Positions 17,298-26,156 of a stretch of DNA of 35,744 nucleotides are shown piece after piece (the first letter of the stretch is position 1; each line of letters begins with the position of its first letter). The notes beneath the pieces were generated by a model. It was not told the origin of the DNA and searched no databases. It was given only the letters and a program-made list of their open reading frames with translations. The position numbers were made by a program, and so were the translations under genes. The stretch is from Candidatus Helarchaeota archaeon (GTDB lineage Archaea > Asgardarchaeota > Lokiarchaeia > Helarchaeales > RDOG01), in NCBI GenBank assembly GCA_029838215.1, contig JALGVI010000025.1:1-35744 (forward strand). Direction: 5' to 3'.

Positions 17298-18974
17298 TTA
17301 GATTACAATCGGTGGGTCCCACGTGCCCCATACTTCTCGATAGACGTTACATACTTCACCGACAGTTGCGCCTTCTTTAGTTGCGTCCATTACTGTAGGT
17401 AGGACATTTTCGCCCTTTTCACAAGCTCGCCGGAGAGCGTTGAGGCATTCTTCAACCTTCTTATTATCGCGCTTGGCTTTCAACTTGCGAATACGTTCAG
17501 TTTCAATGGCTGCCGCCTTTTCGTTTGTTCGGAACACGTCATCTATGACTTCATCGGCCATGACATATTTATTGACACCAATGACAACCTCGTGTCCAGT
17601 TGCAATGTTTTGCTCTCGTCTGCGGAAAGCATCTCGCATTTCACGGTATATCCAACCGCTTTCAAGGGCTTTTACTACACCACCAGCTTCTGCAAACCGG
17701 TCTAAATATTTCCAGACACGATCTTCAATTTCATCAGTAAGCCACTCAACGTAATAAGAACCGGCAAGTGGATCAATGGTGTTTCCAATTCTGGTTTCTT
17801 CTTGAATGAGCTGCTGGGTTCGCAACGCAAGCATTACGGCGGGTTCACTGACAAGACAATATGCTTCATCGTAACCGTTTGTGTGCATTGATTGACATCC
17901 GCCAAGTGCAGCCGCTAATGCTTGGTAAGCGGTACGGACGGCGTTGTTCAGGGGTTGTTGAGCAGTAAGAGAGCTTCCAGCAGTTTGGATGTGGAATCTG
18001 AAACCCCAATTTCTTGGGTTTGTTGAGCCATACTTATCTCTGATAAGTTTCATCCAAATTCGACGAGCTGCCCGATATTTAGCGATTTCTTCGAAGAAAT
18101 CTTTTGCTGCAGATAAATGAAATGCAAGTCTTCCTACAAAATCATCGATCTTATAACCGCGTCTTATCAATTCTTCAATGTGTTCGATGGCATTCGCAAA
18201 ACCAAAGCCGAGCTCTTGAATTGCGTCAATCCCGCCTTCACGATAATTATAAGTCGTAAAGTTGATGGGATGCCATTTTGGAACATTCTTTTGCGCTACA
18301 GTCCACTCAATTAGATCGCAGGCGAGTTTTAAGAGATACGGGGGTGCACAATTCTTGTAGCACGTGTACCCAATGGTTTGAGTCAGAATGTCATTCTGAC
18401 ACGTCCCCATGACATTTGAAAGATCTAATCCCTTATTTTTCACCATGTTAAAATACATCGCACAAATTGGTGCTGATGAAAAAGGTTCGACAACAAGTGC
18501 AACGCTTATTTTTTCAATGGGTAGACCTTCAGTCAAGGCATATAAGCTATCAATGCAATACAAAGGTACTCCAGAAGTACCGACTTCAGCATCACCTCTG
18601 GGATCATCAGGATCAATGCCATTAAAAGTCAAGGCATCTACCGCTGCGCTAAATCCAGTCTCACCTTCCTTGTAGAGCATGTGCCATCTTTGATTGGTCT
18701 CTTCGGGTGTTCCAAAACCAGAAAAGAGCCGAATGGTCCAGAATCTCGTGCGATACATCGTGGGATAAGGTCCCCGTGCAAATGGTTCTTGTCCGGGAAA
18801 TCCAGCATCTCTCAAGTAATCGTGATTCTTAATGTCCACTGGGGTATATAGCGGCTTCACCTTGATGCCAGAATCAGTCTCGAAATGATAATCGCGCTGT
18901 TTCATCTTCGCTATTTTCTCGAGCCATTCTTTTTCTTTTTCTTCAATTTCCTTTATCTTTTGTTGATCAAACAT
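17298..18974 (-). CDS. Acyl-CoA mutase large (substrate-binding) subunit, MCM/ICM family, with atypical specificity residues
   Basis: FPGQEPFARGPYPTMY, WTIRLFSGFG, QNDIL, FFEEIAKYRAARRIW, HIQTAGSSLTAQQP, DPLAGSYYVE, GVNKY. ATG 18974 preferred over the ORF-track start at 19031. Confidence 0.95.
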   Translation of the reverse strand: MFDQQKIKEIEEKEKEWLEKIAKMKQRDYHFETDSGIKVKPLYTPVDIKNHDYLRDAGFPGQEPFARGPYPTMYRTRFWTIRLFSGFGTPEETNQRWHMLYKEGETGFSAAVDALTFNGIDPDDPRGDAEVGTSGVPLYCIDSLYALTEGLPIEKISVALVVEPFSSAPICAMYFNMVKNKGLDLSNVMGTCQNDILTQTIGYTCYKNCAPPYLLKLACDLIEWTVAQKNVPKWHPINFTTYNYREGGIDAIQELGFGFANAIEHIEELIRRGYKIDDFVGRLAFHLSAAKDFFEEIAKYRAARRIWMKLIRDKYGSTNPRNWGFRFHIQTAGSSLTAQQPLNNAVRTAYQALAAALGGCQSMHTNGYDEAYCLVSEPAVMLALRTQQLIQEETRIGNTIDPLAGSYYVEWLTDEIEDRVWKYLDRFAEAGGVVKALESGWIYREMRDAFRRREQNIATGHEVVIGVNKYVMADEVIDDVFRTNEKAAAIETERIRKLKAKRDNKKVEECLNALRRACEKGENVLPTVMDATKEGATVGEVCNVYREVWGTWDPPIVI

Positions 18975-19365
18975 GATAATCAAGCCAAAAACATTAGTCA
19001 TGAATAATATCAAAGGAAACAAGAGTTCCAAATTGTGTAATTATACCAAGATTACATTTTTTAAAGTTTTCAATTATCACAAATGTTTCAAATTCGTGGT
19101 CGAAATCTGTTGAGAAACATCCAAGTTTTGAAGAGTTGGCACTAAAAAGATAAAAATCCTTTAGATTCTGAAAGAATGGACTGGAGCATTTAACGGACAT
19201 GTTCAGCATGAATGAAAGGGACTTGTCTTGCAATTAAAGTGTCAAGATTTCTTCAAATTACGAAACATTTAATTAAAAATTCTCAATTGGATTTTCAGAA
19301 TTTCCCTTCAAGGGAAAACATTTAAGATAAGAACTAGTGCGATCGGAACTATTCGAGGTTTAAGA

Positions 19366-20346
19366 ATGAGTGGAAAGAAGCCAGATTTAGAAGAGCTCAT
19401 AAAACAATTCAAAGAAGGTAAAAAATTAGCTCTTTCACGCTTAATCACATTGGTTGAAAATGATCCCATCCTTGCTAAGGAAATTTTCAAGCATTTTAAT
19501 AATTTGTTGGAAAAGGCCTATGTCGTTGGCATAACAGGTCCTCCGGGTGCGGGAAAAAGCACTTTGGTTGACATCATGGCAAAAAAAATCGTTGAAAAAG
19601 GAAAATCTGTTGGCATCATATCCGTGGACCCAACATCGCCATTTTCCGGTGGAGCATTTTTAGGCGACCGAATACGCATGAAACATTCAGTTGCAAGTGA
19701 CCCAAACGTGTTCATGCGAAGTATTGCTTCGCGTGGTGTTTCTGGAGGGCTTTCCAGAGCAATATTTGACATCACGTTATTATTTGAAGCATACGGTAAG
19801 GATATCATAATCATAGAAACAGTTGGAGCGGGTCAATCGGAAGTGGATATCTTTGAAATGGCTTACACTACAATAGTCGTAAGCGTTCCGGGGTTGGGCG
19901 ACCAGATACAGGTTCAAAAAGCAGGCATCATTGAAATCGCAGACATTTTAGTCGTGAATAAAAAGGACCTCGGTGGAGAAGATGTTGCAGTGGCATTAGA
20001 CCTGATGTTAGATGACGTATTTTCATATGGAATGGGACAGGGGTGGCGCCCACCCGTAGTAATGACCAATGGCATTACGGGAGAAGGTGTCGACCTGTTA
20101 ATCGAAGAAATCTTTAACCACAAGCGCCATATCGAACTTACCGACATCCTTGAAAAGAAAAAGAGACACAAGATCAAGAAGAAGATACACGACATCATCC
20201 TTACCACGATCGAAGATTACATAAATAAGAACATAATTAATGAAGAAAAACTTGAAGAAGTCCTAAAAAGAATCGAGAAAAAAGAAGTGGGAATGTTTGA
20301 GGCGGCATATGATATTTTTGATGAATATCTTGAGAAATTAAAATAG
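19366..20346 (+). CDS. meaB: MeaB/ArgK/MMAA GTPase chaperone of B12 mutases
   Basis: ITGPPGAGKST, VDPTSPFSGGAFLGDRIRM, ETVGAGQSE, NKKD. Confidence 0.97.
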   Translation: MSGKKPDLEELIKQFKEGKKLALSRLITLVENDPILAKEIFKHFNNLLEKAYVVGITGPPGAGKSTLVDIMAKKIVEKGKSVGIISVDPTSPFSGGAFLGDRIRMKHSVASDPNVFMRSIASRGVSGGLSRAIFDITLLFEAYGKDIIIIETVGAGQSEVDIFEMAYTTIVVSVPGLGDQIQVQKAGIIEIADILVVNKKDLGGEDVAVALDLMLDDVFSYGMGQGWRPPVVMTNGITGEGVDLLIEEIFNHKRHIELTDILEKKKRHKIKKKIHDIILTTIEDYINKNIINEEKLEEVLKRIEKKEVGMFEAAYDIFDEYLEKLK

Positions 20347-20385
20347 GGGGGATAAAAAATATCAAGAATAAGGCTTAAAAAAGGC

Positions 20386-20895
20386 ATGGTTCAAGTCTAT
20401 TACGGAAGAGGAAAAGGTAAAACCACGGCGGCTCTGGGACAGGCTTTTCGTGCCTGCGGACATGGTTTTAGAGTTTACATGATTCAGTGGATGAAAGGCA
20501 ATATTAAGTACGGAGAGCTTAAATCGGTTCAAAAGTTCGATAATTTCACGATCGAGCAGTTTGGACGCAAGGATCTCATTGCAGAACCCGAAGAGATAGA
20601 TATCGTTGAAGGTAAGAAGGCTCTTGATCGTGCTCGTGAAATCATCAATAGCGATGAGTATGATATCGTTATTTTAGATGAAGTTGGAGTTGCAATTGGA
20701 ATGGGCATCATAAACGTGGATGATGTCATCGAAATAGTAAAGAATCGTCCTGAAAAAGTCGAAGTCATAATGACTGGTGGTCCAGAAACGCACCCGAAGT
20801 TGCTACAGCTGGCAGACCTCGTCACGAACATGCGAGTCATCAAGCATTACTATGCCGCCCAAGGAATCGATGCACGGTTCGGAATAGAATTTTAA
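20386..20895 (+). CDS. cobO: ATP:cob(I)alamin adenosyltransferase (CobA/CobO/BtuR type)
   Basis: YYGRGKGKTTAALG, QWMKG, ILDE, EVIMTGG, KHYY...GIEF. Confidence 0.93.
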   Translation: MVQVYYGRGKGKTTAALGQAFRACGHGFRVYMIQWMKGNIKYGELKSVQKFDNFTIEQFGRKDLIAEPEEIDIVEGKKALDRAREIINSDEYDIVILDEVGVAIGMGIINVDDVIEIVKNRPEKVEVIMTGGPETHPKLLQLADLVTNMRVIKHYYAAQGIDARFGIEF

Positions 20896-21036
20896 TTCAT
20901 TTTTAAACGGGAAATCATCCGTGATTTCTTGCCGCTTCTTTTCTTTTAAAAACGCAATTCGATGAATTTCACGAAATGACTTAAATAATCACTTGCCAAA
21001 TTTTTTTTAATAATCGTTGAAAATCAAATTTGGTGA

Positions 21037-21465
21037 ATGTTCATGGTAAAAGTAGGTGATTATGAACTTCCTGACGACCTGTATTACACGGATAAGCATA
21101 CTTGGGCGAAAGTCGAAGGAGATAACGTCCGAGTTGGTGTAGATGCCATTGGCGTGGCACTAGCCGGCAAGATCATCTTCGTTCGCGTTAAAAAAGTAGG
21201 GAAAGAAGTGAAAGCAGGCAAGAATTTCGGGACTGGTGAAGCAGGAAAGGGGGTCATTCCTTTGGTTGCTCCAGTTACAGGAGAGATTGTCGAAACAAAT
21301 CCAAAAGCAGGCGGGCGAGAAGTAAAAGCCGTGAATGAAGATCCTTACGGAGAAGGCTGGCTTGCAGTGATCAAGCCGACAGGGGATAAGGATTCTGAAC
21401 TCGGTGCACTAAAACACGGCGACAACGTTGTAGCATGGGCAGAAGAAGAAATCAAGCAAATTTAA
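21037..21465 (+). CDS. GcvH/LbpA-like lipoyl-carrier protein 1
   Basis: YTDKHTWAKV, VRVG, lipoyl motif GEAGKG (Lys71 at 21247-21249), APVTGEIVE, DPYGEGWL. The true start may be ATG 21043. Confidence 0.92.
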   Translation: MFMVKVGDYELPDDLYYTDKHTWAKVEGDNVRVGVDAIGVALAGKIIFVRVKKVGKEVKAGKNFGTGEAGKGVIPLVAPVTGEIVETNPKAGGREVKAVNEDPYGEGWLAVIKPTGDKDSELGALKHGDNVVAWAEEEIKQI

Positions 21466-21585
21466 TTTTTTTCTCGCCCATTTATTTATTTTAGGACTAG
21501 TTTTTGAGAAGTACAACCAAAGTCCCATCATGCTTTATAAATAAAAAAACCTTGTAATCTTGAAAATCTACTGCAAGAAGGATGC

Positions 21586-22059
21586 ATGATAACCATGCCA
21601 GCGATTGATGGATATGACTTCCCCGAAGACGTGTTGATAAATGAACACAACTTATGGACGAAGCCGGCTCCTGACGGAGAGAATTATGCAATAGGAATCA
21701 CGGATTTTGCGCAACAGAATTTAGATAGCATTACCTTTGTAGAAATAGTTCTCGAAGAAGGTGAGCAGGCAAAATATAATCGACCCTTCGGTGCGCTTTT
21801 GGCTAGCGGCAAGGGATCGATCACGTTATACAGTCCATTAACGGGTGAAATAGTGGAAATAAATGAACGATTAGATGACGAACCTGCCTTGATCAAGCAG
21901 GATTGTTATGGTGAAGGTTGGATAATGAAAATAAAACCATCAAAGATCGAAGAGGAAACCGACAAGTTAATGGCGCCGGGTTCAGAACATTTTAAAACAT
22001 GGCAATTAAAAGAAATTGAACGTGTAAAAAAAATAAATGAAGAGTTAAAAAACAAGTAG
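21586..22059 (+). CDS. GcvH/LbpA-like lipoyl-carrier protein 2
   Basis: IGITDFAQ, LASGKG (Lys76 at 21811-21813), SPLTGEIVEIN, DCYGEGWIMKIK. Confidence 0.9.
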   Translation: MITMPAIDGYDFPEDVLINEHNLWTKPAPDGENYAIGITDFAQQNLDSITFVEIVLEEGEQAKYNRPFGALLASGKGSITLYSPLTGEIVEINERLDDEPALIKQDCYGEGWIMKIKPSKIEEETDKLMAPGSEHFKTWQLKEIERVKKINEELKNK

Positions 22060-22077
22060 AACTAGGAGGTTAAATGA

Positions 22078-22980
22078 ATCTCTTATGTACTTTTTCTAGG
22101 ATGCACTACGCCCGTTCGGGCTTTAAATTACGAAGTATCATTACGAAAATTGCTTGCTTTTTTTAACATTTCCTTGATCGATACAGATGAATTCACGTGT
22201 TGTGCACCTTCTTTTATTTCTACAATAAATCCAAAGACGGCTCTTCATGTTGGTGCAAGAAATCTGGCTGTAGCAGAAAAAATTAATGCCACGATCATCA
22301 CGCCTTGCTCGGGTTGTTTCAAATCGTTGAAAGAAGTCCAAGATGAGTTGAGTAAGGATCCAAGTAAAGTCAACATGATAAATGACTTTCTTTCAAAAAC
22401 AGGAAAAAGGTATGAAGGAAAAGTCAAGGTCAAGCACGTGATGGAAGTAATAATGGATGATATAGGGATCGAAACCATAAAAAAGCGCGCTAAACATTCA
22501 CTTCGAGGATTAAAAATTGCACCTTATTATGGATGTCACTTGATACGCCCATCCAACATTTCCCAGTTTGATGACCCGGAGATTCCGAGAAGTCTGGATT
22601 CCATTATCGAAAAGTTTGAAGGCACCAGTCTTGATTATGAAGGCAAGTTGGACTGCTGTGGTGGCCCATTAAAAACCATTAATGACGAAATTAGCCTTGA
22701 ATTATTAGACATTAAATTGAAAAGCTTGAAAAAAAAATCGGTTGATGCCGTGATTCTTGCATGTCCCTTTTGCTTTTTCCAATTTGAGTTTGGACAAAAA
22801 GAAATTTTAAAAGAAAGAGGCGTTAAATATGACATCCCAATTCTTACGGTCACGGAAATGTTGGGTTTGCTATTGGGACTGGAACCCAAGGAGTTGGGAT
22901 TCGGTCTCCACATTGTCAAGACTAAATCATTTTTATCAAAATTTCAAGAAATGAATGGAAAAGAGGGGGAAGGAAAATAG
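22078..22980 (+). CDS. hdrB: Heterodisulfide reductase subunit B (copy 1); 5' end extended beyond the ORF track, start codon anomalous
   Basis: The frame is open from ATC 22078 and encodes SYVLFLGCTTPVRALNYE, the first CCG-domain Cys. It then shows CCAP, PCSGC, YYGCH, CCGG and CPFC, so two CCG domains; about 300 aa. Confidence 0.92.
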   Translation: MSYVLFLGCTTPVRALNYEVSLRKLLAFFNISLIDTDEFTCCAPSFISTINPKTALHVGARNLAVAEKINATIITPCSGCFKSLKEVQDELSKDPSKVNMINDFLSKTGKRYEGKVKVKHVMEVIMDDIGIETIKKRAKHSLRGLKIAPYYGCHLIRPSNISQFDDPEIPRSLDSIIEKFEGTSLDYEGKLDCCGGPLKTINDEISLELLDIKLKSLKKKSVDAVILACPFCFFQFEFGQKEILKERGVKYDIPILTVTEMLGLLLGLEPKELGFGLHIVKTKSFLSKFQEMNGKEGEGK

Positions 22981-22981
22981 G

Positions 22982-23536
22982 ATGACGACTCCAAAAGAGG
23001 TCGTAAATTACGATGAATTAGATTCAAGTTTCATCATCGAGTTAAAAAAAATGGTTGGAGATGAAATCCTTGCTTGTTTTCAATGTGGAATGTGCACGGC
23101 AGGATGTCCTTCAGCACCATTCGGTTACAACATTCGCCAAATCTTGAAATTAGCCATTTGGGGATTTAGGAATGAATTGCTCGAAAGCGATTTCATTTGG
23201 TTCTGCACGGAATGTGGAAAATGTGCAGAACGTTGCACCCAAAACATTGAGCCATATAAAATCATTTTAGGAATACAAAGATTAGCTGCAAGACAAGGCA
23301 ATATCCCTCTTACGGTATTGCATCGCATTAAGCAGTTCATGAAGAGCGGTCGCGTCGTAGAGGTTGATGAACTCACGGAGCTGAAACGTGAGAGATATGA
23401 ATTACCAAAATGTGATAAAGAATTGCCGGAAAGTGTGATGAGAGAACTTGAAGCGATTTTGGATATGACAGAATTTCGAAAATCCTATAAAGACCGAGTA
23501 TCGAACAAAGATTCAGGAGATCGAAATCAAGAATGA
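22982..23536 (+). CDS. hdrC: Heterodisulfide reductase subunit C (copy 1)
   Basis: CFQCGMCTAGCP and IWFCTECGKCAERCTQ. The ATG is 1 nt after the hdrB stop, and there is an ATGA overlap with hdrA. Confidence 0.93.
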   Translation: MTTPKEVVNYDELDSSFIIELKKMVGDEILACFQCGMCTAGCPSAPFGYNIRQILKLAIWGFRNELLESDFIWFCTECGKCAERCTQNIEPYKIILGIQRLAARQGNIPLTVLHRIKQFMKSGRVVEVDELTELKRERYELPKCDKELPESVMRELEAILDMTEFRKSYKDRVSNKDSGDRNQE

Positions 23537-25482
23537 CGAGTTCAGATCAACCCAAAATCGGCGTTTTTATTTGTCATTGCGGAACCAACATCGCAGGCGT
23601 GATCGATGTAAAAAGAATCGTGAATGAACTACAACGGGCAGATAATATTCATGTCGTGAGACATTATGAGTTCATGTGTTCAGAGCATGGTCAAGAGCTC
23701 ATTAAAAAGGCAATTGAGAAACAGAAGATCAACCGAATCGTCGTGGCCTGTTGCAGCCCCAAATTCCACGAAAAGACATTTCAAAGATGCTTGGCTGCAG
23801 GTGGTATCAATCCTTTCTTTGTAGAAATCGCGAACATAAGAGAGCAATGTTCTTGGGTTCATAAGAGCAAACCTAATGAAGCAACTGAAAAAGCAATTAA
23901 AATAATAAAGGGAGCCGTTGGAAAAGCATTACATCTGAAACCCATTGAAGTCATTACAGTACCCATTATTCGTGAAGTAGTTGTTATTGGTGGCGGGATT
24001 GCAGGAATACAGGCGGCTCTCGATATAGCAGATACAGGAACCAAGGTCCATATTATCGAAAAATACGTGAGCCTGGGAGGCAACATGGCTCGCACGGAAA
24101 AAACATTTCCGACAAATGATTGCGCCATGTGCATTCTCTCCCCAAAGCTCAACGATGTACGAAGTCATGACAACATCACGATTCATACAATGTCTGAAGT
24201 GAAAAAAGTAGATGGCTTTCTCGGCAATTTTGTGGTCACCGTTGAAAAGAATCCGCGGTTTGTCGATGAAAAAAAATGCATTAATTGTGGAAGATGCATT
24301 GAAATCTGCCCAGTTGAAGTCCTCGATGAATGGCAATTAAACATGGGATTTCGGAAGGCAATTCACGTGCCATTTGCCCAAGCACTCCCTTCCTGTCCCG
24401 CCATCGATGAAAAAAATTGCACGAAATGCGGTAAATGTGAAGAGAAGTGCCCTACAAACGCGATAAACTTGAAGGAGACCAAACAAACCATTACATTAAG
24501 AGTTGGAGCGATCATTACAAGCATTGGTTGGGAAGAATGGGATCCGTCGCCAATAGTACAGTATAGATACGGACAAAATAAAAACGTGATAACTCAATTT
24601 CAATTCGCAAGATTATTGGATCCATTTGGTCCCACTGATGGAAAAATTCTGACTGCAGAAGGAAAATCGGTAAAAAGAATCGTCATGATTCAATGCGTTG
24701 GATCTAGAGATAAACGATATAACCAGTATTGCAGCACGGTATGTTGCATGGCAGCTTTGAAACACGCTCAATTAGCAAAGATGGAACATGATTCAGAAAT
24801 AGATGTCATAATCTGCCATCAAGAAATGAGAACACCAAAAAAACGACATGAACAATATTTTACGAATGCAAGAGAAATCGGAGTTAAATTCATCCGTGGA
24901 AGACCTTCAGAGGTTTTAGAAGATCCCGACTCGGATCAGTTGATTGTCAGGGTTGAGGATGAAGAACTACAGAAATTATTTTCAATCAAGACTGATTTGG
25001 TCGTGTTATCTACTGCTACTGTTGCGTCAAAAGATACGGAGAAACTCGCACGCATATTAGGTATCGATGTTGATGCCGAGGGGTTTGTGGCAGAGTTGCA
25101 CCCAAAATTAGCTCCTGTAGAAACAAAGGTTGCAGGAATTTTCGTTTGCGGTGCCTTACAAGGTCCAAAAGATATCCCTGATTCGGTTGCTCAAGGAGGA
25201 GCGGCTGCCGCCAAGGTAATCGCAACGTTCAGTAATCCTGTTATAAAGAAAAATCTTGAAATTCCCGAAATAAATCAAGACCTTTGTGTTCTTTGCGGTA
25301 CCTGTGTTGAATCGTGCAACTTTTCGGCATTAACAAAACACGATAAGCTAAAAAAAATCGTAGTTCACGCACTGAAATGCGTTGGATGTGGCATGTGCAT
25401 GCAGGCATGTCCTACAGGAGCATGTCAATTAAAAACATATCGGGATGATCAACTTCATGACCAAATCCAACAAATAATCTAA
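23533..25482 (+). CDS. hdrA: Heterodisulfide reductase subunit A, methanogen-type full-length (649 aa)
   Basis: GVFICHCGTNIAG, ACCSP, NIREQCSWVH, IGGGIAG, KTFPTNDCAMC, inserted 2x[4Fe-4S] domain, QCVGSRD...CSTVCCMAALK, C-terminal 2x[4Fe-4S] domain. Confidence 0.97.
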   Translation: MTSSDQPKIGVFICHCGTNIAGVIDVKRIVNELQRADNIHVVRHYEFMCSEHGQELIKKAIEKQKINRIVVACCSPKFHEKTFQRCLAAGGINPFFVEIANIREQCSWVHKSKPNEATEKAIKIIKGAVGKALHLKPIEVITVPIIREVVVIGGGIAGIQAALDIADTGTKVHIIEKYVSLGGNMARTEKTFPTNDCAMCILSPKLNDVRSHDNITIHTMSEVKKVDGFLGNFVVTVEKNPRFVDEKKCINCGRCIEICPVEVLDEWQLNMGFRKAIHVPFAQALPSCPAIDEKNCTKCGKCEEKCPTNAINLKETKQTITLRVGAIITSIGWEEWDPSPIVQYRYGQNKNVITQFQFARLLDPFGPTDGKILTAEGKSVKRIVMIQCVGSRDKRYNQYCSTVCCMAALKHAQLAKMEHDSEIDVIICHQEMRTPKKRHEQYFTNAREIGVKFIRGRPSEVLEDPDSDQLIVRVEDEELQKLFSIKTDLVVLSTATVASKDTEKLARILGIDVDAEGFVAELHPKLAPVETKVAGIFVCGALQGPKDIPDSVAQGGAAAAKVIATFSNPVIKKNLEIPEINQDLCVLCGTCVESCNFSALTKHDKLKKIVVHALKCVGCGMCMQACPTGACQLKTYRDDQLHDQIQQII

Positions 25483-25931
25483 ACTTCAGGGTTTTCTGGT
25501 ATTCGTTCTCTAATTTTCTTCTCCAATTTTCCGAGTTGGTATATTTTCTTCGTGAATTCACTTGCGACTTTGACCCACTCTCGAGCCATGCTTGCACTGA
25601 TAAAATGCATTTCAATTCGAGCGGGGCTGATGCCAATCTCTTTAAAGATATCCTGCACGAATTTTACGAGTTGTTCTGCACGATAATTACCACCAGAGTT
25701 ATTTCCCGTTTCATAATGACATTGATCTTTTAAACATCCACTAATAATTACACCATCTGCTCCCGACACGAATGCTTCTAAAATAAGGGGCAAATCCACC
25801 CGTCCAGTGCAAGGCACTCTTACTATTTTAATATTAGTAGGATATTCAAAACGGCTCATACCAGCTAAGTCTGCTGCCGCATAAGTGCATTCATTACAAA
25901 TCAATGCAAGGATGTTTATTTCATTCGACAT
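25479..25931 (-). CDS. mvhD: MvhD/FlpD [2Fe-2S] subunit
   Basis: CNECTYAAADLAG, RVPCTGRV, GADGVIISGC...CHY. ATG 25931 preferred over 25973. Confidence 0.95.
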   Translation of the reverse strand: MSNEINILALICNECTYAAADLAGMSRFEYPTNIKIVRVPCTGRVDLPLILEAFVSGADGVIISGCLKDQCHYETGNNSGGNYRAEQLVKFVQDIFKEIGISPARIEMHFISASMAREWVKVASEFTKKIYQLGKLEKKIRERIPENPEV

Positions 25932-26156
25932 GGTAATCAAAGCTGGTCTTCTCGATGATTTGGAAAAAAACATTTAAAAGCTAAGTTACACTATTCCAAA
26001 CAATCAGATTAAAATTTCCTATCTAAAAAAAATACGATGAAAATCTATTTTTCAAGGTCTTTTAGTCTGTTAGGGTGAAATCACGCCCATTACAAAATAA
26101 AAAGAATTAAAAAAAAGGAAAAAATAAGCATAAGGAAAGATTCAAGAGTTGTTTTT

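Noticed and set aside
18975-19031. Hydrophobic N-terminal extension of the mutase (MELLFPLILFMTNVFGLII) read as a signal peptide
   Set aside because: It starts at a TTG in AT-rich upstream DNA. Family homology begins at MFDQQKIKEI (ATG 18974), and these mutases are cytoplasmic.
19032-19365. Cobalamin riboswitch or ncRNA between the mutase and meaB
   Set aside because: I could not recognise a B12-box or any convincing stem structure. An Infernal/Rfam search would settle it.
21037-22059. Calling the H genes part of a glycine cleavage system
   Set aside because: No P, T or L subunit is in the window, and the tight linkage is to hdrB. It cannot be excluded genome-wide.
22075-25931. Selenocysteine recoding in hdrA or mvhD, or at the TGA at 22075
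   Set aside because: HdrA and MvhD have Cys codons at all ligand positions and no in-frame TGA. The TGA at 22075 lies before the conserved HdrB region and is not at a Cys position.
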